64,000 bases of DNA from Candidatus Omnitrophota bacterium (GTDB taxonomy: Bacteria; Omnitrophota; Gorgyraeia; JACQQV01), in the NCBI GenBank assembly GCA_016206785.1, contig JACQQV010000046.1:19512-83511 (forward strand), read 5' to 3'. Positions 1 through 8,729 of the stretch are shown here, piece after piece. Each line of letters opens with the position of its first letter. The first letter of the stretch is position 1. The notes below the pieces were generated by a model. That model saw nothing but the letters and a program-made list of their open reading frames with translations. It was not told where the DNA came from and did no database searches. The position numbers and the translations under genes were made by a program.

Positions 1-932
1 TGAATTTCTCCCCGAGAAAGGGCGGGTTTGAGAATGTTCGAGGCATCGATCGCCCCTTCTGCCCCTCCTGCGCCGACGAGGGTATGCAGCTCATCAATAA
101 AAATAATGACATTCTCGGACCGTTTGATCTCATCCATGACGGCCTTAATCCGCTCTTCAAACTGGCCACGGTATTTTGTCCCCGCCACCATGAGGGCAAG
201 GTCGAGTGTCACCACCCGTTTGTCACGAAGCACTTCGGGGATATCTCCGGCAACGATCATTTGAGCGAGCCCTTCTACAATCGCCGTTTTCCCCACCCCC
301 GCCTCGCCGAGGAGAACAGGATTATTCTTTGTCCGGCGGGCGAGAATCTGGATGACCCGTTCAATTTCATTTTTTCGACCGATCACCGGATCAAGTTTAT
401 TTTCCCGTGAGAGCGCCGTAAGATCCCGCCCAAAGGCATCCAAAGCGGGCGTCTTGGTCTTGTAGGAAGTGGTTGGGGTGCCGGGAGAAGGGGCACCAGA
501 ACCGAGAAGGGCCATCACTTCACTCCGCACCTTGGCAAGGTCCAGGCCCAAATTGAGAAGGACCTGAGAAGCGACCCCTTCCCCTTCCCGAATGAGACCG
601 AGAAGAAGATGTTCCGTACCGATATAGTTATGCCCGAGAGAACGCGCTTCATCCATGGCGAGTTCAATCACCTTCTTCGCCTTGGGAGTGAAGGGAATAT
701 CGCCGGAAACGATGGTGCTCGGTCCGGTCTGCACCAATTTTTCCACTTCTAAGCGGATGTTGTCAGAACTTAAGCCGAGGTTCCGCAGCACCGCCGCCGC
801 GACACCCTCCCCCTCTCGGACGAGGCCTAACAAGATATGCTCTGTCCCGATATAATCATGGTTGAACCGTTTCGCCTCTTCTTTGGCGAGGATGATTACT
901 TTTCGTGCCCTTTCGGTGAATCGATTAAACAT
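1..932 (-). CDS. clpC: ATP-dependent Clp ATPase ClpC, N-terminal part (gene runs off window start)
   Basis: Hand translation of the minus strand from the ATG at 932 gives [37 protein letters not shown]..., a duplicated Clp_N repeat, then the Walker [16 protein letters not shown] of AAA+ module 1. A GGAGGG RBS lies 6 nt upstream. The plus-strand track ORFs 28..264 and 84..410 are shadow ORFs. Confidence 0.85.
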   Translation of the reverse strand, partial: MFNRFTERARKVIILAKEEAKRFNHDYIGTEHILLGLVREGEGVAAAVLRNLGLSSDNIRLEVEKLVQTGPSTIVSGDIPFTPKAKKVIELAMDEARSLGHNYIGTEHLLLGLIREGEGVASQVLLNLGLDLAKVRSEVMALLGSGAPSPGTPTTSYKTKTPALDAFGRDLTALSRENKLDPVIGRKNEIERVIQILARRTKNNPVLLGEAGVGKTAIVEGLAQMIVAGDIPEVLRDKRVVTLDLALMVAGTKYRGQFEERIKAVMDEIKRSENVIIFIDELHTLVGAGGAEGAIDASNILKPALSRGEI

Positions 933-940
933 GTCCACCC

Positions 941-1090
941 TCCATAAAATTCCAAATCCCAAATGACAAATGTCAAAGCACAAAATCCAAAATAAATCCA
1001 AAGTCCAAATCACAAAACCTTGTTTGGGTTTTTGTCATTTGAATTTTGAGTTTATTTTGACATTTGGATTTTGTCATTTGTCATTGCTTT
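941..1090. repeat. Family A imperfect palindromic intergenic element (copy 1), built of TGACAAA/TGTCAAA heptads and CCAAAAT units
   Basis: Left arm AATGACAAATGTCAAAGCACAAAATCCAAAATAAA and right arm TTTATTTTGACATTTGGATTTTGTCATTTGTCATT are near reverse complements. The same element recurs at 2685..2760 and 5565..5702. Confidence 0.6.
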
Positions 1091-2133
1091 GATAGCTTAC
1101 CCCGAATAATCGTCGCCCGCTTCAAATCCCGCTGGGAAGCCGAGAGGGTCTTTCCCTCTAGCTTCTGGAGGTGGGCGGGCTGCGTCACAATGAACAGTTC
1201 ATTCAGTAGTTCACGGTTTAAGTCCTTGATGAGGCCCATATCCACACCGAGTCTCACCATCGAGATCAAATCAATGGTCTCATTGCTGGTAATGATATGA
1301 GCATTCTTGAGTGTCCCATAGGCGCGGAAAATACGGTCCTGGAGTTCTGCCTTTTCTTGCGTCATCAATGTCTTACGGGCACCCTGTTCATACTCAATGA
1401 CCTGACGGATGATCCGCTCAATGTTGTCGATGATCTCGATCTCGGTATGACCCAGCGTCACCTGATTGGAGATCTGGAAGAGGTTTCCACTCGCCTGAGT
1501 GCCTTCGCCATAAAATCCCCTTGCCGTGAGGTGAAGCTTCGTGATCATTTGAATGACCTTGTTGATTTGCTTCGTCATCACCAGCGCCGGCAGATGCAAC
1601 ATGACAGAGGCGCGCAGCCCTGTCCCCGTATTCGTCGGACAACAGGTGAGGTATCCCCAGTTCGTGGAGAAGGCGTAGGTCAGATGTTCGCTGAGGCTGT
1701 CATCAATGGTATCAGCCACCCGCCAGACTTCCATGAGATCGAATCCTGATTGAAGGACTTGAATCCTTAAATGGTCCTCCTCATTGACCATGATGCTAAT
1801 CATCTCATTGGGCGTCATGCACACCGCCTTGTGGTCAACATTCACGGCATGTTCTCGACTGATGAGATGGCGCTCGATGAGAAACTGCTTATCGGTCGAG
1901 GTAAGATCACCAAGTTTCAAAAAGAGGGCCCCTTTGAGATAAGGAGAAGTGAGAAAGGTCTTCTTCACCTTTTCCAACACCTCTTCCTCCTGTTTTTTAT
2001 CCGCCCAGTGAGAAAAGGGATAATGGTCAAGATTTCGCGCCAAGCGGATGCGGCTTGAGAGAACAATTTCAGACTGGGGTCCTGTCCCCTTCAACCATTC
2101 ACTCGGTTGTTCAAGAAGGTCGTCGATCTTCAT
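1081..2133 (-). CDS. mcsB: protein-arginine kinase McsB (ATP:guanido phosphotransferase)
   Basis: 350-aa ORF with the guanido-kinase active-site motif CPTNTGTGLRASV. It overlaps the upstream mcsA by 4 bp. Its stop TGA is the first triplet of the family A repeat. Confidence 0.85.
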   Translation of the reverse strand: MKIDDLLEQPSEWLKGTGPQSEIVLSSRIRLARNLDHYPFSHWADKKQEEEVLEKVKKTFLTSPYLKGALFLKLGDLTSTDKQFLIERHLISREHAVNVDHKAVCMTPNEMISIMVNEEDHLRIQVLQSGFDLMEVWRVADTIDDSLSEHLTYAFSTNWGYLTCCPTNTGTGLRASVMLHLPALVMTKQINKVIQMITKLHLTARGFYGEGTQASGNLFQISNQVTLGHTEIEIIDNIERIIRQVIEYEQGARKTLMTQEKAELQDRIFRAYGTLKNAHIITSNETIDLISMVRLGVDMGLIKDLNRELLNELFIVTQPAHLQKLEGKTLSASQRDLKRATIIRGKLSKQ

Positions 2134-2654
2134 GCCTGTTTTCCCGATTTCTTCTCAAGTTCATGAATCTTGTCCCGAAGTCTCGCCGCTTCTTCAAAGG
2201 CCTCTTCCTGAACCGCAATTTTTAATTCTTCTCGGAGTTCCTGAAGTTCGCTTTTTGGTTTCTCCTTCGGCGGCGCCGAAGGAGTCTGCACCGGCATCTT
2301 CTTGGGGGACTTCCCGACATGCTGTCCGGAACCCTGAATCCGCTTCAGGAGTCCCGTCAGACTCTTCCGGAAAGCCTGGTAACACTCGCTGCAGCCAAGT
2401 CGGCCGATCCGCTTGAAATCATCATAGGTCAGTCCGCAATTTAAGCAGGCGATCTTGGTATCCGCTTCCTGCCCAAGCTGCGACCCGAGATCGGCAAGGC
2501 CCGCCAAAAGGTCGGAGAGTCCAAAATGTTGCTCCATCGAGGCCGATTTCTTCCGGGCGCACTCTTCGCAGAGATGGAGCTCCGTCATTTCCTCGTCGAT
2601 AATTTCCGTTAGATGCACCGTCGCCTGATTGGTCTTACAGACATCGCAAACCAT
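2130..2654 (-). CDS. mcsA: protein-arginine kinase activator McsA
   Basis: 174 aa with paired Cys-X2-Cys zinc-finger motifs (CDVCK..CEEC and CLNCG..CSEC). The C-terminus carries a UVR-type motif ELREELKIAVQEEAFEEAARLRDKIHELE. It lies immediately upstream of mcsB. Confidence 0.75.
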   Translation of the reverse strand: MVCDVCKTNQATVHLTEIIDEEMTELHLCEECARKKSASMEQHFGLSDLLAGLADLGSQLGQEADTKIACLNCGLTYDDFKRIGRLGCSECYQAFRKSLTGLLKRIQGSGQHVGKSPKKMPVQTPSAPPKEKPKSELQELREELKIAVQEEAFEEAARLRDKIHELEKKSGKQA

Positions 2655-2684
2655 GTTAAACTCCGCTCATGAACATTCAGTTTA

Positions 2685-2760
2685 ATTCCAAATGACAAAG
2701 CACAAAATCCAAAATAAATTCAAATTTTCAAATAACAAAACGTTTTGTCATTTGTCATTT
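2685..2760. repeat. Family A palindromic element (copy 2, shorter)
   Basis: CCAAATGACAAAGCACAAAATCCAAAATAAATT ... GTTTTGTCATTTGTCATTT. It starts 5 nt after the ilvE stop and ends at the mcsA RBS. Confidence 0.6.
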
Positions 2761-2763
2761 TCT

Positions 2764-3654
2764 CTATAGACGGTACCGCACGCCGTCGGTCCGGGTCAGT
2801 TTATGAAATTCCCGCATGATGCGTAAGGTTAAAGGCCCTGGCTTCCCCTTGCCGATCATCCGTCCATCCACCTTCACCACCGGAATCACTTCAGCAGCCG
2901 TTCCGGTCAGAAACGATTCCTCCGCATTAAACACATTGTGGCGCGTTATCACCTCTTCCCGAATGGGAATTTTCTCCCGTCGGGCGATGGCGATGACCGC
3001 CATTCGGGTGATCCCCCTAAGAGCTCCCACATAGGTGGGGGGGGTGAGAAGTTCACCCCCTTTTGCAATAAAAATATTGTCGCCCGTGCATTCCGCCACA
3101 TATCCCGCATGGTTGAGCATGATCGCTTCTTCCTTCCCGGCATTCACCGCCTCGATTTTTGCAAGGATATTGTTCAAATAGTTGAGCGACTTGATCTGAG
3201 GATCCACGGCAGCTGGGATATTTCGCTGGGTCGGCACGGTAATGATCTCGAGGCCTTCCCGATAAAGTTTCCTGGGGTAGAGAACGATCCGGTCGGTAAT
3301 GATAATGATTGTGGGGCGATCGCACTTCCTCGGGTCAAGTCCCAGATCCCCTTCGCCCCGTGTTGTCACGAGGCGAATATACGCATCCTTCAGGCGATTC
3401 GTCTTTAACGTAAGAACGATCGCCTCCGTGAGCTCCTCCCGCGAAAGGGGTATCTTGAGCATCAAGGTTTTGGCCGATTCAAAAAATCGATCAAGGTGCT
3501 CTTTCAGTTTAAAGACAAGGCCCTCGTAAGAACGGATCCCTTCAAAGACCCCGTCTCCATAGAGAAGTCCATGATCAAAGACAGAGACCTTCGCTTCGCT
3601 TTTATCCACCAGTTTTCCGTTGAGGTACACCTTCAGGCGATTGTTGTTCCTCAT
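2764..3654 (-). CDS. ilvE: branched-chain amino acid aminotransferase (class IV PLP fold)
   Basis: 296 aa. The N-terminus (FDHGLLYGDGVFEGIRSY...LKEHLDRFFESAK) aligns with E. coli IlvE (HALHYGTSVFEGIRCY...HREHMQRLHDSAK). Confidence 0.8.
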   Translation of the reverse strand: MRNNNRLKVYLNGKLVDKSEAKVSVFDHGLLYGDGVFEGIRSYEGLVFKLKEHLDRFFESAKTLMLKIPLSREELTEAIVLTLKTNRLKDAYIRLVTTRGEGDLGLDPRKCDRPTIIIITDRIVLYPRKLYREGLEIITVPTQRNIPAAVDPQIKSLNYLNNILAKIEAVNAGKEEAIMLNHAGYVAECTGDNIFIAKGGELLTPPTYVGALRGITRMAVIAIARREKIPIREEVITRHNVFNAEESFLTGTAAEVIPVVKVDGRMIGKGKPGPLTLRIMREFHKLTRTDGVRYRL

Positions 3655-4388
3655 TGCTTCTCCTCGAGACGCCCATCTTGAATGGCAAAGACCTTTGAAG
3701 CGATTTTCGCCACGCCCTCGGCGTGCGTCACAATCAAAAAAGTCGTTTTCAGCGTTTCATTCAGCATGACCATCAGACGAAGAATCCCTTCCCCCGTTTT
3801 TGAATCCAGATTCCCGGTCGGCTCGTCACACAAGACGATGTCCGGCCGGTTCATCAAAGCGCGCGCGATGGCCACCCTCTGCTGTTCCCCTCCTGAAAGT
3901 TCATTCGGATGATGATCTTCCCGATCCCCTAAATCCAACTCTTCCAGAAGCGCCGCAGCTTCTTTCTTCACGGAAGAAAAGGCATGCCTCCTCAAGATCA
4001 TCGCCGGAAGCACGACGTTCTCGAGGGCGGAGAGCTCGGGCAGGAGATGATAAAACTGGAACACAAAACCGAGTTTCTCGTTTCGTAAGTGTGCCCGTTT
4101 CTCTTCTGAAAGGGAATAGAAATCAACCCCTTCAAAGAGAACCGATCCTTCCGAAGGCCGCTGCAGTCCTCCCAATAGGTGTAAGAGGGTTGATTTTCCT
4201 GTGCCCGATCTTCCAACAATAGCAATGATTTTTCCGCGTGGCACCTTTAGATCGATGCCTCGGATGACTTGAATTTCCTCCGCAGGACCCTCAAAAGACT
4301 TATGAAGATCCCTTGCTTCAAGAATAACATCCACCGTTTCTCGCACGCTCGGCCGCTCAGGCAACGTTTCTAAGTAAGGTCTATTCAT
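3651..4388 (-). CDS. lolD: ABC transporter ATP-binding protein, LolD-like
   Basis: Walker A GRSGTGKST, ABC signature LSGGEQQRVAIARAL and Walker B IVLCDEPTGNLD. It is paired with an FtsX-family permease. Confidence 0.7.
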   Translation of the reverse strand: MNRPYLETLPERPSVRETVDVILEARDLHKSFEGPAEEIQVIRGIDLKVPRGKIIAIVGRSGTGKSTLLHLLGGLQRPSEGSVLFEGVDFYSLSEEKRAHLRNEKLGFVFQFYHLLPELSALENVVLPAMILRRHAFSSVKKEAAALLEELDLGDREDHHPNELSGGEQQRVAIARALMNRPDIVLCDEPTGNLDSKTGEGILRLMVMLNETLKTTFLIVTHAEGVAKIASKVFAIQDGRLEEKQ

Positions 4389-5562
4389 ACCGAAGGGCTT
4401 CCACCGGATCTAGCCGAGAAGCCTGCCATGCCGGATAAAGGGTGGCGAGCCAACTGATGAGGAGTGCCGCAAAGGCGATTAAAAAAGAGTCGCCCCATTG
4501 AATTTCCACAGGAAGTCTTTCAATGTAATAAATATCCTGCGGCAGACGGATAAATGGGTATCGCTTTAAGAAGGCGCAGAGTCCAAACCCTCCCGCAACA
4601 CCCCCCAGGATTCCCACAAGACCGATGAGGAGGCCCTGAATGGAAAAGATGAGGCGGATGGAACGACCGGTACTCCCGATCGACTTCAAGACCCCAATAT
4701 CCTTTGTCTTTTCCATCACCATCATGATGAGGGAACTTGCGATGTTAAAACAGGCCACGCAAACGATGAGGGAAAGGATGATGAACATCGCTGTTTTTTC
4801 AAGCGCCAACGCCCCGAATAGATTCCGATTAAGGTCAATCCAAGTCGTGACCCGATAACGAGGGCCTAAAAGCCGTTCCACCTTCTGCCGGACCTTTTCT
4901 ACTTGGTACATATCGACGACTCGTGCACCGACGCCACCCACCAAGCCCTCCATATGGAAAAGACGACGAGCGTCCCTCAAGGAAACAAAGGCCAAATTGA
5001 GATCGTAGTCGTACATACCGGAGCGGAAGATACCTCCGACACGGAACGTTTCTCCTTTTGTCTTAAAAGAGGAAACGACTCGAAGTTCATCCCCTATATC
5101 GACATTCAACGTGTTCGCAAGTTCCCTTCCCAAAAGAATCTCCTCTGGCCCAAGCGCCATCGAACCTTTTTCAAGGTAACTCTGAATGCGGGTCACCGAG
5201 CTCTCTCTCTTGGGATCGACACCGCGCAAAAGGACCCCGCGGACAGCATCCCCCTTGACCACCATCCCCTGCCCCTGAATATAGGGGGAACTTCCCGTGA
5301 CCTCCTCCACCGAGGCCAGATGCGCCACCACCTCTTCCGGAGAGGTCATCCCCTCAAACGCCTCGATATAGAGATGGGCATTCGTCCCTGCGATTTTTTC
5401 TTTGAGATCCGAGTCAAATCCGCTCATGACCGCAATGACCACGATAAGAGCCATCACCCCCACCGCCACCCCCGCCATCGAAAGAAGTGTTGTCAGAGAC
5501 ACGAAGAAACTCTTCCGTCGACCTAAGAGGTATCGTAGTCCGATAAAGCATTCGTAACGCAT
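4381..5562 (-). CDS. lolC: lipoprotein-releasing system permease LolC/E family (FtsX-like)
   Basis: About 395 aa with four predicted TM segments and a large periplasmic loop. It overlaps lolD by 8 bp. I moved the start to MRYECFIGLRYL (ATG at 5562), which aligns with the E. coli LolC N-terminus (ALFIGLRYM). The longer track ORF (to 5613) runs into the family A repeat. Confidence 0.7.
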   Translation of the reverse strand: MRYECFIGLRYLLGRRKSFFVSLTTLLSMAGVAVGVMALIVVIAVMSGFDSDLKEKIAGTNAHLYIEAFEGMTSPEEVVAHLASVEEVTGSSPYIQGQGMVVKGDAVRGVLLRGVDPKRESSVTRIQSYLEKGSMALGPEEILLGRELANTLNVDIGDELRVVSSFKTKGETFRVGGIFRSGMYDYDLNLAFVSLRDARRLFHMEGLVGGVGARVVDMYQVEKVRQKVERLLGPRYRVTTWIDLNRNLFGALALEKTAMFIILSLIVCVACFNIASSLIMMVMEKTKDIGVLKSIGSTGRSIRLIFSIQGLLIGLVGILGGVAGGFGLCAFLKRYPFIRLPQDIYYIERLPVEIQWGDSFLIAFAALLISWLATLYPAWQASRLDPVEALRYE

Positions 5563-5564
5563 AG

Positions 5565-5702
5565 GAAAATCCAAATACCAAATGTCAAAATTCAAAGCAC
5601 AAAATAAATTCAAAATTCAAATTCCAAAACGTCAACCCCGGTTTTGTCATTTGACATTTGTGCTTTGAATTTATTTTGAATTTTGTGCTTTGTCATTTGA
5701 CA
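5565..5702. repeat. Family A palindromic element (copy 3)
   Basis: In transcript orientation it begins TGTCAAATGACAAAGCACAAAATTC 1 nt after the lysS TAA stop. It ends GAATTTATTTTGTGCTTTGAATTTTGACATTTGG just before lolC. Confidence 0.6.
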
Positions 5703-7184
5703 TTACCGTTCTGGTTTTAACTGCGGGAAGAGAATCACTTCCCGAATCGAACTTTGATTGGTGAAGAGCATGGTGAGCCGGTCAATCCCCACACCTAAGC
5801 CCGCCGCAGGCGGCATCCCATATTCGAGAGCCCTTAAAAAATCCTCGTCGATTTTTGAAGCATCTGCCACGCCATCCTGTTGCGCCTCAAAACGTCTCTT
5901 TTGTTCAATGGGATCATTCAGTTCCGAATAGGCGTTTGCCACTTCCATCCCACCGATAAAAAGTTCGAAGCGTTCACAGAGGTTCGGATTCTCTTTTTTA
6001 TTCTTCGCCAAGGGACAGAGTTCCTTAAAATAATCGATCACAAAAAGGGGCTTTCCTTTGGAGCGAGGTTCAAGGAGCTCCTCAGTCAGTTTCACAATCT
6101 GAGACCGTGAGATCTTTCCCTGTACGTTCCGGCCGATTCCCTTCCCCTCCCCTTTCTTAAGCTTCGATGCCCAGACTTCCGTCGAATCGGTGGGGCCAAT
6201 ATCATACTTCTCCTTCAGAAGCGAAGCGAAAGAGACCCGATCCCAGGGAGGGGTAAGATCGACCGATAGGACCGACCCCTCCGTCGTCTGATACGCCAAG
6301 GTGGTCTTTCCGAGAATCTCCTTTGCAAGAAAAAGGAACATCTCTTCCAGAAACGCCATCATGTCCTCATAATTCCAATACGCCGCATACGCCTCGAGCA
6401 TCGTAAATTCAGGATTGTGCCGCGTGGAAATTCCCTCATTCCGGAAACTCTTGGCGATTTCATAGACCTTCTCAAATCCGCCGACGAGGAGTTTTTTGAG
6501 ATACAGTTCCGGTGCCAACCGTAGATAAAGATCCGCGTCGAGGGCGTTATGGTGTGTCTGAAAGGGTTCGCCCGCCGCCCCACCAGGGATTGGATGCAAC
6601 ATCGGTGTCTCTACCTCGAGAAATCCGCGCTGATCCAAAAAGGCCCTCATTTTTTGAATCAGTCGACTTCGTAGGATAAAAACGGCCCGCGCCTCTTCAT
6701 TCATCATGAGGTCGACGTAGCGCTGCCGGTAACGGATTTCTATGTCTTTAAGACCATGCCACTTTTCAGGAAGAGGTCTTAGATTCTTTGCAAGGAGTTC
6801 AAACCGTTCCAGCCGGAGAGTGATTTCCCCTGTTTTGGTTTTAAAGAGAGTCCCCTCCGCTCCCAAGACATCTCCGATGTCGATCTTCGTGAAAAATTCA
6901 AACGCCTCTTTTCCAACAACGTCCTCTTTCAAATAAAGTTGGAGTTTCCCTTCCTGATCGCGCAGGTCGCAGAAACTGGACTTCCCATGGGTGCGGATTG
7001 CCAAAAGCCGCCCCGCGACTTTGGCCCGTTTTCCTTCTTCAAACTGCGAAGTGATCTCCTTAAGAGACCCGCTCCGCTCAAAGCGCCCTCCGTAAGGATC
7101 GACCGGTTCATCATAGAGCCGGAGACCCCTGAAAGCGTCCAATTTTTTGAGCCGTTCCTTGAACAGTTCGTTTATCTCATCCAT
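5703..7184 (-). CDS. lysS: lysine--tRNA ligase (class II)
   Basis: 493 aa with an N-terminal OB-fold anticodon-binding region. Class II motifs are present (FRNEGISTRHNPEFTMLE; C-terminal GLGVGIDRLTMLFT). Confidence 0.9.
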   Translation of the reverse strand: MDEINELFKERLKKLDAFRGLRLYDEPVDPYGGRFERSGSLKEITSQFEEGKRAKVAGRLLAIRTHGKSSFCDLRDQEGKLQLYLKEDVVGKEAFEFFTKIDIGDVLGAEGTLFKTKTGEITLRLERFELLAKNLRPLPEKWHGLKDIEIRYRQRYVDLMMNEEARAVFILRSRLIQKMRAFLDQRGFLEVETPMLHPIPGGAAGEPFQTHHNALDADLYLRLAPELYLKKLLVGGFEKVYEIAKSFRNEGISTRHNPEFTMLEAYAAYWNYEDMMAFLEEMFLFLAKEILGKTTLAYQTTEGSVLSVDLTPPWDRVSFASLLKEKYDIGPTDSTEVWASKLKKGEGKGIGRNVQGKISRSQIVKLTEELLEPRSKGKPLFVIDYFKELCPLAKNKKENPNLCERFELFIGGMEVANAYSELNDPIEQKRRFEAQQDGVADASKIDEDFLRALEYGMPPAAGLGVGIDRLTMLFTNQSSIREVILFPQLKPER

Positions 7185-7238
7185 AAGACAGAGTTGGTCG
7201 TAAGATTATATCGCAAGGCAAGATGCGTGTCAACAGAA

Positions 7239-8729
7239 TTAGGAAGTCTGGATTCTGGTAGGTTTCCGCTTCTCTGGAAGAAGTCGCATCAAAAGGGCAA
7301 GACCAAGGCCCAAAACCGTGGCGATGGTGCAGAACCAGGCAAACAGGTCGCCGTGGCGGGAATAGAAGGTCTCCTTTTGGGAAAGAGGAACATCCCACGT
7401 TTGAGAGGCGGTGACAAAGAGGGTCTCCCCTCCTCTTTCCAGATGCCGTAGGATCTCTCCTGTCGGGCCGATCAGGGAGGTATAGCCGGTATTTGTGACG
7501 CGCAGAACAGTTCTTCGGTTTTCAATGGCGCGGAAACAGGAGGCTTGGGCATGCTGAAAAGGGGCTCCGCTTTTCCCGAACCAAGCATCATTCGTCACGT
7601 TGACGAGGAAGTCGGACTCCTTCGCAAGACGGCGCACAAGAGGAGGGAAAATATCCTCAAAACAGATGAGGGTTGAAAAAGTCCCTTTGGGATGGCGGAA
7701 AACCGTCTCCTCTTTCCCCGGATGGAAATCTCCGGTGACAATCCATTCGCGCAGTATCGGAAAGTTTTCCTCAAAAGGAATGAACTCTCCGAACGGCACA
7801 AGATGGAGTTTATCGTAACGCTGAAGGACTTCGCCTTTTCGAAGAAAAAGGGCGCTATTATAGGTCCGGCCCTTCTCAACCCATGGGGCCCCCACCAAAA
7901 GATAGGTCTCGGATTTTTGACTCAACGACAAAAGCCGCTCCCAGAGGTCCTTCTCATCGGGAAGAAAACCGGGGACCGCTGTCTCCGGCCAGAAGATCAC
8001 ATCGGGATGATTGAGCGCCACCCACTCTGTCAGCCGTTCATACTTTTTCATGACAAGATCCTGAACAGAACGGTCCCACTTAAGATCTTGAGGGATGTTC
8101 CCCTGAATCACGGAGGCGCGGAGTGTCGAAGGAGACACGGAAGAAGTGATCTGTTTTCTCCCATAAAAAAAGGAGCCGGAGAAAAGGAGGAGAAAAAGGA
8201 CGATTGAAAAGAAAATGTCTTTTCTCCTTTTCCTCCCTTCCCTCAAAAGCTCATAAAGACAGCCATTCGCAAGCATGACCAGAAACGAGACACCATAGGC
8301 GCCGGTAAGATCTGCCACCTGGATGAGGGGAAGCATGCGCCACTGGGAATAGCCGAGGAGGCCCCATCCGAACCCTGTAAAAAGAGTGCTCCTTAAAAAT
8401 TCAAGAAAGACCCAGAGGGGAGGGATCCAAAGGATCGAATGCCGCCTCAGAAACTTCGTGCCGAGTCCAAAGAGGGCAAAGTAGAGTGAGCAATAAAGGA
8501 CCAGAACGATCGCACCCGCCCATGTGACACGGCCGACCCAATAAAGAAGGCCAAAGAAAAAAGTGAATCCTGTAACGGCTGAAAGCCAAAAGGTCTCTAG
8601 GACGCTCTTGCTTTCGGTGGCAAAGAAAAAAGGGACGAAGGCAAACCACGCGAGGAATTCAAGATCGATCTTCGGGAAAGAAATGCTCAGGAGAATGGCT
8701 GAGAAAATAGAAAGGGCGGCCGCCTTCAA
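7239..8729 (-). CDS. lnt: apolipoprotein N-acyltransferase
   Basis: 496 aa with an N-terminal multi-TM region and a C-terminal CN-hydrolase domain (FWPETA..., LICFEDIFP). The start is TTG at 8729, immediately after the secA TAA stop (TAATTG). Confidence 0.8.
   Translation of the reverse strand: MKAAALSIFSAILLSISFPKIDLEFLAWFAFVPFFFATESKSVLETFWLSAVTGFTFFFGLLYWVGRVTWAGAIVLVLYCSLYFALFGLGTKFLRRHSILWIPPLWVFLEFLRSTLFTGFGWGLLGYSQWRMLPLIQVADLTGAYGVSFLVMLANGCLYELLREGRKRRKDIFFSIVLFLLLFSGSFFYGRKQITSSVSPSTLRASVIQGNIPQDLKWDRSVQDLVMKKYERLTEWVALNHPDVIFWPETAVPGFLPDEKDLWERLLSLSQKSETYLLVGAPWVEKGRTYNSALFLRKGEVLQRYDKLHLVPFGEFIPFEENFPILREWIVTGDFHPGKEETVFRHPKGTFSTLICFEDIFPPLVRRLAKESDFLVNVTNDAWFGKSGAPFQHAQASCFRAIENRRTVLRVTNTGYTSLIGPTGEILRHLERGGETLFVTASQTWDVPLSQKETFYSRHGDLFAWFCTIATVLGLGLALLMRLLPEKRKPTRIQTS

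Noticed and set aside
28-410. Plus-strand track ORFs 28..264 and 84..410, and many similar plus-strand ORFs (for example 1297..1749, 2938..3408, 4903..5526, 33987..35348 at 453 aa, 37201..37752, 42179..42673, 50707..51351).
   Set aside because: Each lies antisense to a minus-strand gene with clear conserved motifs. They show no recognisable motifs and often have low-complexity composition. I treat them as shadow ORFs.
941-1090. GTCAAA/TGACAAA heptads in family A repeats as CtsR operators (consensus A/GGTCAAA-NAN-A/GGTCAAA) controlling mcsAB-clpC.
   Set aside because: The heptads are not arranged as the 7-3-7 direct repeat. An identical element sits between lysS and lolC, which are unrelated to stress. 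No ctsR gene was seen in the window. A generic repeat is more likely.
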